The position numbers and the translations under genes were made by a program. The notes under the pieces were generated by a model. The model made no database searches. It was not told the DNA's origin and saw only the letters and a program-made list of their open reading frames with translations. A stretch of 64,000 nucleotides of DNA from assembly GCF_023055435.1 (NCBI RefSeq), contig NW_025963890.1, positions 19,158,001 through 19,222,000 on the forward strand. Direction: 5' to 3'. This DNA comes from Haliotis rufescens. Its lineage: Eukaryota. Position 1 is the stretch's first letter, and every line of letters begins with the position of its first letter. Positions 51,061-64,000 of this stretch are shown in pieces.

Positions 51061-53129
51061 CTTTGATAGATGAAAGGGTACATCTAGTCCAAAAATGCAT
51101 GCAGAATCATGGCTTTGATAAGTTTCACGTGGTCCCATGAGGTCTGAGAAGCCACATGTCATTTGTAGAGTGCACTTAGGGTTTTCCATTTACATTGATA
51201 TGACGAGCCTTTATGTTACTGAATATATTTCAAATTTCAAACTCACCTCAGTTAATCATTGCTGCACTAAACGTATTATCATATACAATTTCTACCATGA
51301 CACAAACGAATGCTTGATTCTGATTTGTCAAAATAGCATTAAAATCGGAGAGTTAACAAGCTTTTTCACACAAAAACTTGTATCTATCGATGGCCTACAC
51401 ATCTACGCATGATATCTGAACATTATCATCTTGTCAAACATGATGAAATCTATTTCAGAACACATTCATTAATAACGTGGCTCATTCAACAGATAGTTGT
51501 AACCTTCTGCACCGCTCTAACATAGTTCATTCTAGTGTAATCTTTCATCTGTGACGGAAACAGGATTAATACATTTGATTTCTAAAGTCACCACAGCTAC
51601 ATAAAAGCATGTCCATACTGAAGGATTGGAACCAATTTTAATACCTCTTCATGAAATGAAACAAATAACTTGTCTTCAATAAGTTTGAAATCTAACCATG
51701 TTTTGATCATTTGGAGTTTGTGTATAGTTGGACGACATTATTCACGTAATTATGTTCTCAACACCTTTAGATTAAAGACATTAAACTTTCATTTCTTTTT
51801 GCATGTACTATCAATAATGAACTTAATTGATTGTAAATCATCTCATACTGATGAACAAGCGGCCTATGACGTTGTTTCTTTGCACTTCTGTTAATCTTGG
51901 CATGTTGTTGAATTGTTGAATTTCGACTGACGCAGATGCCAGGCAATCAAAAACTCTGCACTTTAATACCGTTCATAGTGCTGCTGCACGTGCAGTACGT
52001 GCAGCTCCATGGCCCTTTTGTTGATGTACTGGGTGCGTTTTTTCCGAATCGTACGTGTTTCCCGACTAATGGTTTGGATGGCCTTGTGATTATTTTGATC
52101 CGGGAAATGTGTCGCTGACACTATAACATATTAAACTTCTTCATTTCGCTAATTTTGCTTTTATGGCCAACGATATCCGTATTGCGTTTCCTTTGTTGAA
52201 GAGTATACATTGTCATCACATCCCGTTCAAACACTCTCTTTTCACTTCGTCTTCCACGCCTCGTTAATACTATTATCTTATCTTTGTACATTAATCCTAT
52301 GTAAGTATAACCTGACTGCAGATAACTATACATGACGCTTCATAATGGGGCGAGAGTTAAGTACATTTGATATCTTAAGATGATGCCTGTTCACTCTGAA
52401 TAGTCTTGAGGGGTTCCCCTCCCACGTGTCTTTTGTAATTGAAAAATGCTACTAAGATTATACTAAATCCTACGTATACTAAACCTTATACTCTGAGGTC
52501 TTAGGCCTTATGACCTTTATATAATACGATTGTATTGTCTTTTCATCTGCAATGCCCATAATATCGGAAACCAGGTGTTCGAAAATGGCTGCGCTTGTTC
52601 CATGCCCATCGGAAGAGCGAGCAACAGATTATGTTTGGCAATAAGTGACACATTTGGCTGTATGTGCCATCATGTACATTATTCAAAGGTCTCGGTTGTT
52701 TATAATTATGCTAAATGGTGGGATGATCATTCTCAGTTTCCCGTTGTAATATAGCTAGTCCTATAATGATGTTTATCAACGATATCCCCATTCAAGAAGT
52801 AAAAGGTCATAAGCACTCAGGTATAACACTTCAGTGTGGTTGTTCGTGGAAAACTCATATCAATGACAAAACAAGTTAGTCCCATGATATAGAAGTTTGA
52901 AATACAGGTCATCTTAAAACATATATAGAGAAAATGTATAAATCTTTCATACTGCCTATGTGCGACTTCTGTTGTCATATTTGGGACAAGTGCACACACG
53001 AACAATCTTTATTATTAGAAAACCTGAAATGAATTCCGGTATTGCACGTGAAGATATCAGTAAACTTATTCCAGCTCATATTTAAAAAAATAACTATTAT
53101 AATCTCAGGGGTGGATCTAGTTTACAAAC

Positions 53130-53830
53130 AATGAACTGTAGGACCAAGGCATATGCACACTCGCTTCTCCCTAGTTCGATACAACTGTGGGACGCTCTTC
53201 CCAGAGGACTCAATTAACATTTGCTCATTAAGAGAATGTAACACATTCATCAATGGCCTGACACTACAAATAACTATAAGCTTAAATTTCGGTTCGAGCA
53301 ATATTCTGTCATAGGCCTATCATATTATGCATTGTCGCCTCAGGCTCGGCTGCATTGAGTTTAACGCTTAAAAATTCAATCGATATGTATCGGACAGATC
53401 GGACTGGAAATGTGTTTTTTTTCGAATATCCTTCACATTTGTTTTTTACATACAGAAAATATGACAATATTACAAGGAATATGCACTTTTACAACCATGG
53501 AAAACAGTTTTATACACAAATTCTTTAGAAAATGACTCAATAAACATGAAATTCTTAAATTAGTCCACGATTGTCTTTTCAAAAGCAAACGATTCGTATA
53601 GTTGGTACAATAATATAAATCAATTTTGGAAAAAACCCATTGAAATTGTTATACTGTACTCCTTTAGTTCGGACATCGCTATCTCCAGTTTACGGATACA
53701 TTCTTTGTATAATTGCCTACTTAACACGATAATGTTTATATTAGTTCACCAGCTAGAATCTGTGAAGCTCAGAGCGGTATTTATATAAGCAATGCTTTTC
53801 GTTTACCAATCCAGATTTCAATTCTTAAAT
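53130..53830 (+). mobile_element. Degenerate CR1/L2-like LINE 3' end
   Basis: Remnants resembling F.PS.I.LW..LP and HCRLRLGC motifs, with frameshifts. Confidence 0.45.
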
Positions 53831-54923
53831 ATAATATGTTTAACCCATAATGACATGTGTATGTGTCGGGTCATTATATAGTGACACACCAGCACACAGA
53901 GGCCAAACCTGATCCTGACTGCATAATAACGAACTTGTTGCTTGGGGGTATCGCCTAATAATTAACTATTTGTGCTTCTAATTCCAAACTATACAATTTT
54001 GGATGTTTACATAAATAATTTGTTGCGGAGAAAGGTTGTTTTGCCTCAGCTTCGCTGGACATGCAGGATGTCCTGAAAATAATAACGTAATTTGAAAAGA
54101 AAGCATTGTTCGACTCTCCCCTTCAAATACAAATATTAATCATGAATAAATGAAAAGCTCACAGGGACTCACTTCTGTAAATAACAATTTGTTCATAAAG
54201 AAAAATTAACTGTAGGGCGAAAGAAAGGAAACACCCATGTTTGGTGGTGGCTGAAAATGAAAGAAACAATTCCATGGTAATATATTTGATACGGGTATCA
54301 TAGCTGTGTTTTGAACCTTAAGTTTGCAGTGTTTACGGCCTGGTATCGTTTTGATAACGTTTGTCATTTTTTGGTCAAATCCAATTTTCAAGTGTATACT
54401 GTTTTTTAAACGGGAGTTTATTATAACAATTATTTGCATACTATTTGAGCATGAAAATGAAACGCTGAGAACATTTTACATTGCATATGTTTAAAAAACT
54501 TTATTCATGATAATAATTATAAATAATATTATCGCAAAGAGAAATTTTTAAAGACGGACCATATTTTCTTGTGCCATTATTGTCAGATGAGAATGCAATG
54601 AACACCATATATAGTTAACGAAAAAGTCTGGATAAACCGTTTAGCACTGAAGAAATATTAAAGACGGATTACACAGGAATGGATGTGTGAATTGCACTAT
54701 TGCATAACGTAAATAAACGCTATCAGTGAAATGTCTGGAGTGCAATAGATCACTTAAAGCCAGTCCTTAATTACATAAGGTACATGGGATAGGACTTCCG
54801 ATTGGTGTCTTCTTTTATATCTGTGACATAATTAATTACCAGCTTATTATACCTGTAGTGTATATAAACCGGGTCAGATAGATAACAGAATTATCTCAGA
54901 TTCTTCTCGAGTACAGATCTACC

Positions 54924-56938
54924 ATGGCTTTCCTCGCAGTAGCTCTTCTATCTATTATAGCTCACCTGGCTTTAGGTCAAGGTTGGGGTCAGAGTAACGC
55001 CGGACTTGGTCAAGGTAATGCAGGACTTGGTTTGGGACAGGCAGGGGCTTTTTGGGGTCAAGCCGGACTTGGTCAAGGTAATGCAGGACTTGGTTTGGGA
55101 CAGGCAGGGGCTTCTTGGGGTCAAGCCGGACTTGGAATTGGCGCTGGTGGACTTGGATTTGGTACCAATGGACTTAGGATTGGCAGCTCGGGTTGGGGCC
55201 AAGTTGGAGCAGGATGGGGCCAAAACATTATCAACCCTTACCAGAGTAAGTATTCATAGATACTTTAATTTTAGTTATAGCTACTGTACAAACAAGATAA
55301 GATTTATTCGCTCTTTGGTTGTCGAATGACCAAGGGCAAGATTTGTACAATAATACAGGAAATACTGGAAATGTAAGCCTCTTGAATTATTCCCTAACAT
55401 ACATTGTACACTGGATATGCTGAATGTCTTGAAAATATGTGTGTCTTTTGTGAAAAAGAAGATGTTTGCCTCCTTTCAGACAATCTAATTGTTTGTGTTG
55501 AAGCAGTGGCCTAAACCATAATTCCGAGGCACCGCAAAAGAATAGTAAACAGTCGATCTCTAAGAAGCTTGTACATTTACTTACTACTGAAACTAATTCT
55601 TGTATGAGTATATTGCGTGACATGAAGTATCCAACTGTATTTGTTCCTAGATACAACCATTACATGCACTGGAACAGCAACGGGTTTTGCTGTATCTCTG
55701 ACCCTGAAGAGGATGCAGCCAACTTGGGGAGGATGGGGTGTAAGTAGTTCTAATAAAAGAAAGTATACACCCATACAAACAAGACATTATTGGAGGGTGA
55801 TGTATTTGATACAGGTATCATAGTTGTGTTTTGGACCTTAAGTTGGCAGTGTTTCGGCAACTGCTTTGAGTCTGGTAACGTTTCAATAACGTTTGTAATG
55901 TTTTGGTCGAAAACCACATACTTTCTTTTGCCTGGCAGTTACGACGTTAGTACTACTCTCGTGAGGTGTGTGTTTTCAAGCGAAATGATTTTAAAAAATT
56001 CATTGTAGTTTGGTCGATCACGAAGCGGTCTGACTGGATCTGCCGTGCTGAGGACTACAACCGCGTCAGGAACTTACAACCTAGTTATCACTGAGAGATC
56101 CCGTGTGGAGGCTGGATGTACCGCTGATGGACTCGGACCTGTCCTTGGAAGGTAAGGACGGGTACTTTGTCCTTTAGGTCCCTTGGAAGGGGTTAAGGAA
56201 GTAGTATAGTGACATTGTTTTTAAACATCCAGCATGTTTTATAAATGTCAAGTATTCTAAAATTTTCACAGTTAAAATACATTTCCTCATGACCGGAACG
56301 AGCAATTGTCAAATACATCTTACATACCACACTATGTCTCTTTTACAGCAACGTGTGGGGCCAACAGTGGGGTCAAGGTCTTGGTCAACAGTGGGGTCAA
56401 CCATGGGGACAGCAGTTGGGACAAGGATGGGGTCAGTCATGGGGCACTGGAACGACCACCACCCCCGGAGTTGTCACCTCTGTCACCCTCACAACCAACC
56501 AGGAAACTATCGTTGACTTGGGCTCTGCCAACCTACCATTCAGACAGCTCGAGAGATACGGAGGACGTGGAATGGCTGTAAGTATAGTAGTTTGTTTTAA
56601 TGCTATATATTGTCGTCTATTGTCGAGACCCGAAGAAGGTGGCTATTATTCACATTAAAATTCAAACCCACCGACAAGGTTAGGGGAAATTAGAATGTTA
56701 CAGAAATTTTATAAAACGAAGGACATCAGGTCAGGCCCATTAGAGATAAACATGCGTTCTTATGAAAACGCCGTTTACTCTCAAAGACAAACAAATGACA
56801 TTAGCTTACTGCTGTTTTCAGCTGTGCACATCCTTGACCACTGGCACCGATGGACGTCAAGTGTGTGTGGAGCCTATCCTGGCCTGCTGCAAGTTGGGAT
56901 TCGACAACATGGATGCTGTCACACCAACACCCCCATAA
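54924..56938 (+). CDS. Gene G: paralog of E/F (about 299 aa)
   Basis: Exons 54924-55245, 55651-55739, 56009-56151, 56349-56577 and 56822-56938. Total 900 nt, intact frame. Confidence 0.92.
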
Positions 56939-59151
56939 ACAGAATGAGCTATCTGAAGGCTGCAACAAGTGTGTGAATGCTGTATGTAAACTACATGTGT
57001 GTGAATACTATTCTTATCTGTATGAATTTCACATATTTCTCATCTCATGTATTCATCATTGCTTGTACTGTTCATCAACAATCATTATCAATGCTCTTCA
57101 CAAAGATCACAGGAGGTATTTATTTTACAAATAAAAAGTACGAAAACAACACGTGTTACATACTTCTTATGTCAAAAGAGCATTAGTGATACTGTGCAAA
57201 CTGGTAATCTGTCAGCATACACATGTGAGTTTAAGATCACAGCCTTGGTAGACGAAGGGTTATTCAAGTCCAAAGAAAACAGGTTGGGTCAAAGCTTTGA
57301 TAGAGAAAAGGGTGACTCAAATCCAAATCACGCATGTTGCACCATAGCTTTGTAAGGTGGCACGTGTGACCCTGGGGTCTAAGGGGCCGCAATGAATTGT
57401 TTTGAGTGTGCTTTCCATTTATATAAATGTGACTGAAACATGATTCATGTCTGTGTAAACCTTACCTCTCTCAATCATGGCTCTGATAGACTTCAGGGAA
57501 CTTGATGTGAAACAACCATCAAAAGCTAATAACGTAACCACCACTCACGCTTCCTGATCCTGTAGTATATAAGAATACGCCGACAAAAAAGTAACTCACA
57601 ACTCAAAACTGATTACACTTGTGGTATTTATATGACAACGCCTTTGTAATAACCAGACAATACTGGGTCACATGTTACCTCCTAACAAAAGCACAGGGGG
57701 TATTTTTACGAATACAAGATACTATTTTTGCAAATAAAATATACGAAAAGAACAGTTGTTAAACACTTCTTATGTGAAAACAGAATTATTGATAATGTGC
57801 AAACTGGTTATGTGTCAACATAGACATGCATCACAGCTTTGATAGATGGAAGGGAGACTTAAGGCCAACGAATGCATGTTGGATCACAGGTTGATAAACG
57901 AAAGGGTGACCCAAATCCAAACAATGCATGTTGGATCATACATGTAGCTTTGATAATGGTCACGTGGGGCCCTGAGTTCTAAGAAACCGCATTTCATTGT
58001 GTAGAGTGCACTATGGGCTTTCCATTGACATTGATATGACGAGCCCAGATGTTACTGAAATATATTTCAAATTTCAAACTCATCTTATCAATCATTGGTC
58101 TAATAAGCTAATTGTCAATTACAATTTCTACCAGGACATAAACGAATGCTTGATTCTGATTGGTCAAAATAACATTAAAATCGGAAAATTAACAAGCCTT
58201 TTCACACAAAAACATGTGTGCGAATACATGTATCTATCGATGGCCTACACATCGATGCATGATATCTGTACATTATCATCTTGTCAAACATGATGAAATC
58301 TATTTCAGAACACATTCATTATTAACGTGGCTCATTCAATAGATAGGTGTAACCTACTGCACAGCTCTAACATAGTTCATTCCTGTGTAATCTATGACGG
58401 AAAAGGAAATAATACAGTTAATTTATAAAGTCACCGTAGCTGAAATTGAACAATAAGTTGTCTTCAATATGTTGGAAATCTAACCATGTTTTGATCATTT
58501 GTAGTTTGGGTTGAGTTGGACGATACTAGCCTGTTTCACGAAATTATGGTTTCAACATGTAAAATTTTCATTCCGTTTGCATGCACTTTCAATAATGTAA
58601 TTAATTAATTGCAAATCACCTCATATTGATGGAAGCTGCGAGAAATAGGTCCGCCTTGAACATATTGTTATAGAAGGTTTTATTAATTTATCCTTGCAGT
58701 ATAAACATTACATGAAGCCGTCGAGCTATACCCAAAGGCTGGAAGACAAAAAGTAACAATGTGGCCTTAATACTTCACAATGGAGTTCACTTTTGTCACA
58801 ACACACAGGTTTATATTTACGACATAGGATTTATATGTAGAAAGTCCCAGGGACGCCAATAATGGAACGATAATTTTTGTACAGCTTGAGTACAAAGCAG
58901 CGCTTTCAATGAGCGTTCGATGGCCACCTTTACATATCTAAAGTAACACCATAAAACTGAAGATAGGCAAAACACATACAAAATCGAAAGTACAAAAAAT
59001 AAAATGAGTAAATATTTTTACTATAATTAATAGCATCGAAACGATTTTTACATACAGGTTTTTATCAAATGTTAAAGAAACTACATAAGTTGTGAAGTAA
59101 ATTGACTGAATTGGTTCCTAATAATAAGACGACGCATTTTGATAGTCTTGA

Positions 59152-60418
59152 AGAAGAAGAAGAAGTTTATTCGGTATCAAAGGCCGCATAGAAGAAGAAG
59201 TTTATTCAGTATCAAAGACTGCATGGCCAAGAGTACAATACACGAGATACATTTTTGCACATGGACAGGTGGGACAACTGTTATACTATCTCAATACCAT
59301 ATTTTTGATGCATTATACAGGCAGATTTATTTTCAAATATATAGCAATATTTTTAATTAGCTTCACATTTTTGGTTGCTCGTGATGGATACTTGTAATGG
59401 TAGCTTGCGATGTAGAGCTTTCTGTTTTCCATATAAAATGGACAAACTAAAATAAAATGGTATTCATCCTCAGTTATATAATGATTAAATTTCTTGCATT
59501 TAAGTAAATCAGTATTGACTTTGTCATTGTGTCGAAAGTGTTGAATACCCAACTAATGGCTCAAACATCGGAATTTAAATAATATGCGGATAAGATCTTT
59601 GTTTGGACATAACTCCATAATATATTTCTCTGGTTCTAGTACAGACAAGACTAGAATAATGGTTTATAAATTATGAAGAATTAATTTTAGCATGCCAGTT
59701 CTGAATCTCTATGGCTTTACATCTCTGCTTTTGTATAAAATTTGATATGCTGCCACACCCCTGTGCGATCCAAACATACGTAAAGCCGGTTTCTAATAGC
59801 AGCAAACGAACATCCGTTACCCAGTAGTGGCTGTCGTTTTCATCCTGTGATTTCAACATGTCATGACATGCTTTTGGGTATCGATAACTATCCATATACA
59901 ACAGCATGCACCAATACTTTATACAATGAAAAAAACAATTAACACATACGTAGTTATAGGTTCTACCTACTTCGCCTAGTACAGCATTGGTTGATACTTT
60001 TTTATTAACACATAAATAACGTTTGAAGTAAAAACTCTTTATTTTTTCAATATTTGCACGAGAAGTGTAACCCCAAATTTCCAAACCATATTACAATATG
60101 GAAGCTATTTTACTGTCAAATATTGTAGATTTAGAGAAATGTTTGTATAATCTTTTAATAAGGTAATACTTGGAAACGAAGCCTTTCTGACTTGTAAGGT
60201 TAATGTTTCATACGCTCTTGACCAAATTAATCTGGATGTGAAGACAATACCTAGATATTTATAGTGGGATAGTACTTTTATAATTATGTTTACCATCATA
60301 AGTCCATTTTTCTGCATTTCTAAGGTATCCGCCATTTCTGAAAACAAAAATACATGACTTCTCCAGGTTAACTTCAAGGCCCGATTTCTTACAATAACCT
60401 TTTAACACAACAAGTTTT
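59152..60418 (-). mobile_element. 5'-truncated LINE (end of ORF2 RT domain to 3' tail)
   Basis: YCKKSGLEVNLEKSCIFVFRNGG, YKYLGIVFTSRL, AVLGEVGR and EDEYHFILVCPFY motifs; (TTC)n tail. The flanks join to rebuild the empty site seen near 44262. Confidence 0.8.
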
Positions 60419-60484
60419 CTAAGATTAGAGAGGGGGCACGGGGCCCTAGTCTCCCAAGGCACCGCAATAAGGGGGGGAGGGATA

Positions 60485-61085
60485 CACTCTTCAAAAAAAG
60501 AAACGTACAGGTAGTATGTAGTTCATTCAACCTGACTACACAAGAAATCCGGTATATAAATTGGATATATGTTGTTTGAAACTGCCATTGTCGGTTCGCA
60601 ATGTCTTAAAACGGCATAGTTTTCAGACTTGTTCAAAAATGCCATTGAGGAAAAAAGTAAAGCAAAATGCACGTGCAAGTTATGGCATTCGTAACTCGTG
60701 GTAGTGGTATAAAAAGGCAAGCATAACCAATAATCTGTCATTCAATTGATTGTCAACATTTTTCAAGTTGGAAAATGCCGAGACTCGTATCAAAAGAGGG
60801 GAGTCGCAGTTTTCTGTTGCACGCCACTTCAACGTCCACCACAGCACCATTTGCCACGTTTGTGACCGATACACACAGTTCAATTCCACTGAAGAACGTC
60901 CGAGAACCGGCCGAACAACAGCAACCACCCCTGCACCCCTTCGACTGTTCCACCTACGTCATCGCAATGCCACAGCTACGGAGACTGTAGGACGCATCCC
61001 TGGTTTGAGGAGGATATCGGACCAGACTGTCAGTAACCATCTTCGCGAGGCTGGAATCCGACCCAGAAGATCAGTTATCGGGAAA
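60485..61085 (+). mobile_element. Truncated Tc1-like transposon (5' end and DNA-binding region)
   Basis: TA|CACTCTTCAAAAAAAGAAACG end. Frameshifted MPRL..GESQFSVARHFNVHHSTI..RPRTGRT..ISDQTVSNHLREAG (paired-like HTH, GRPR-like linker, second HTH). Confidence 0.75.
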
Positions 61086-62457
61086 CAAAATCGCTTCTTT
61101 TTTTTCCCTTAAACATGCTGGAGGTGGGAATTGATCATGTTAAGGTCGAACAAACACTGGAACTCGAATTCAGTTTGAAATCGGAAGGTTGTGGAGATGT
61201 TATTACAATTTACCGCACTTGGTATTACAATTTGTCGCACCTGTCTTTCAATAGGAATGATAGAAATTGAAACAAAATAGCATTTTTTTCCTTAAACATG
61301 CTGGAGGTTGGAATTGATCTTGTTAAGGTCGAACAAACACTGGAACTCGAAATCTTTTTTGTTGTTGTAAATACAGATATCAAGAATTTTATGTACAGTT
61401 GCCTTTATCAATTCAGTCGTTTCAGATTTCGATTTTCAAACAGCTTAGTCGCACATTTTAAACTTCGTGCAAATTTCTTTGTATATTTGCAAACGAATAA
61501 TATTTTATTACAATCTACCGCAGTGGTTATTACAATTTGCCGCAGTTTTTATTACAATTTTGCGGAGAAAGGTTGTTTTGCAACAGCTTCGCTGGACATG
61601 CAGGATGTCCTGAAAATAATAACGTAATTTGAAAACAAAGCATTGTTCGACTCTCCCCTTCAGATAAATATATTAATCTTGAATCAGTGAAAAGCTCACA
61701 GGGACTCACTTCTGTAAATAACAATTTGTTCATAAAGAAAAATAAACTGTAGGGCGAAAGAAAGGAAACACCAATGTTTGATGGTGGCTGAAAATGAAAG
61801 AAACAATTCCATGGTAATATATTTGATACGGGTATCATAGCTGTGTTTTGAACCTTAAGTTTGCAGTGTTTACGGCCTTGTATCGTTTTAATAACGTTTG
61901 TAATTTTTTGGTCAAATCCTATTTTCAATAGTATACTGCCTTTTGTACGTCAGTTTATTGTGACCATTATTTGCATAACATTTGAGCATGAAAATTAAAA
62001 GCTGAGAAAGTTATATTTTATAGAAAGTATGCATATATTTTATCAACTTTATTCATAATATTCATAAAATTATAAGAATGCAATAAACAGTATATGTAGT
62101 TAAAGACAATGTCTGAATAAACCGTTTAACACTAAAGAAATTTCAAAGGCGGATTACACAGGAATGGATGTGTGAATCACACTATTGCATAACGTAAATA
62201 AACGCTATCAGTGAAATGTCTGGAGTGAAAGGACCGGATATTAATGAATATATCGCTCTTACTTTACCTGGGAAAATAGTAGATCACTTAAAGCCATTCC
62301 TTAATTACATAAGGTACATGGGATAGGACTTCCGATTGGTGTCTTCTTTTATATCTGTGACATAATTAATTACCAGCTTATTATACCTGTAGTGTATATA
62401 AACCGGGTCAGATAGATAACAGAATTATCTCAGATTCTTCTCGAGTAAAGATCTACC

Positions 62458-64000
62458 ATGGCTTTCCTCGCAGTAGCTCTTCTATCTATTATAGCTCACC
62501 TGGCTTTAGGTCAAGGTTGGGGTCAGAGTAACGCCGGACTTGGTCAAGGTAATGCAGGACTTGGTTTGGGACAGGCAGGGGCTTCTTGGGGTCAAGCCGG
62601 ACTTGGTCAAGGTAATGCAGGACTTGGTTTGGGACAGGCAGGGGCTTCTTGGGGTCAAGCCGGACTTGGTCAAGGTAATGCAGGACTTGGTTTGGGACAG
62701 GCAGGGGCTTTTTGGGGTCAAGCCGGACTTGGTCAAGGTAATGCAGGACTTGGTTTGGGACAGGCAGGGGCTTCTTGGGGTCAAGCCGGACTTGGTCAAG
62801 GTAATGCAGGACTTGGTTTGGGACAGGCAGGGGCTTTTTGGGGTCAAGCCGGACTTGGTCAAGGTAATGCAGGACTTGGTTTGGGACAGGCAGGGGCTTC
62901 TTGGGGTCCAGCCGGACTTGGAATTGGCGCTGGTGGACTTGGATTTGGTACCAATGGACTTGGGATTGGCAGCTCGGGTTGGGGCCAAGTTGGAGCAGGA
63001 TGGGGCCAAAACATTATCAACCCTTACCAGAGTAAGTACTCATAGATACTTTAATTTTAGTTATAGCCACTGTACATCCAGGGTAAGGTTTATTCTCTCT
63101 ATGATTGTCGAATGACCAAGGGCAAGATTTGTACAATAAGACAGGAAATACTGGAAATATAAGCCTCTTGGTTTATTCCCTGACATACATTGTACGCTGG
63201 ATATGCTGGATGTCTTGAAAATATGTGTGTCTAGTTGAAAAAGAAGACGTTTGCCTCCTTTCAGACAATCTAATTGTTTGTGTTGAAGCAGTGGCCTAAA
63301 CCATAATTCCGAGGCACCGCAAAAGAATAGTAAACGGTCGATCTCTAAGAAGCTTGTACATTTACTTATTACTGAAACTAATTTTTGTATGAGTATATTG
63401 CGTGACATGAAGTGTCCAACTGTATTTGCAAGAATTTAACTCTTTGTATTGAAGCAGTGACCGAAACCATAATTCCGAGGCACCGCCTCAGGATAGTAAA
63501 CCATTGATCCCTAAGAAGCTTGTATTTTTTCCTAGATACAACCATTACATGCACTGGAACAGCAACAGGTTTTGCTGTATCTCTGACCCTGAAGAGGATG
63601 CAGCCAACTTGGGGAGGATGGGGTGTAAGTGGTTTTATCTATTGACTGAATGTGGTTTAGTGTTTGGGTTGTCAGATACGTCTTGAAAGGTTAGTAAACT
63701 GTCGGGCAAAAGAAAGTTTACACCCGTGTTTGATGGTGGCTTAAAATAATACAAGCAAGACATTATTCGATGGTGATGTATTTGATACGGGTATCATAGT
63801 TGTGTTTTGGACCTTAAGTTGGCAGTGTTTCGGCAACTGTTTTCAGGCTGGTAACGTTTGTAATGTTTTGGACGAAACCACATACTTTCTTTTGCCTTGC
63901 AGATACTACATTAGAACTAATCTCATTAGTGTATGTTTTCAAGTGAAATGAGTTCAAAGTGTTTCTATGTAGTTTGGTCGATCACGAAGCGGTCTGACTG
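62458..64000 (+). CDS. Gene H (3' part outside window): paralog of G with an expanded 21-aa repeat
   Basis: Exons 62458-63031, 63536-63624 and 63973 to beyond 64000. Exon 1 is 252 nt (4 x 63 nt) longer than in G. Confidence 0.88.
62530..62910 (+). repeat. Coding 63-nt repeat, six copies (AGLGQGNAGLGLGQAGA[S/F]WGQ), in gene H exon 1
   Basis: Variant order is S,S,F,S,F,S. Gene G has only two units (F,S). Confidence 0.9.

Noticed and set aside
62506-63115. Alternative-frame repeat ORFs overlapping exon 1 of H (and of G)
   Set aside because: Frame and antisense shadows of the 63-nt coding repeat.

Overview
Eukaryotic, AT-rich, intron-containing genomic DNA. The tRNA-derived Meta-type and V-type SINEs suggest a mollusc, possibly a gastropod such as abalone; this is inference only. 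The window holds a tandem cluster of eight paralogous spliced genes, called A-H here. A-D lie on the minus strand and E-H on the plus strand, D and E are head-to-head, and A and H are cut by the window edges. I assembled all exons by hand from GT-AG sites. The six complete genes have five coding exons with intron phases 1,0,2,0, and the visible parts of A and H agree. Each gene encodes a signal peptide, a Gln at the predicted mature N-terminus, a paralog-specific low-complexity region (Gly/Met, Gly/Gln/Trp or Asn/Ser/Pro/Phe rich) and a shared Cys-containing C-terminal domain. By manual alignment that domain follows the Cu/Zn superoxide dismutase (SOD) fold and shares three intron positions with SOD1, but it has lost every Cu and Zn ligand. 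The likely system is an expanding family of secreted, metal-free SOD-fold pseudoenzymes fused to low-complexity domains, probably structural matrix proteins (shell, mucus or adhesive). The rest of the window is SINEs, mariner/Tc1, LINE and Penelope relics, MITEs, microsatellites and a 2.8-kb satellite. There is no rRNA, convincing tRNA gene or CRISPR array.
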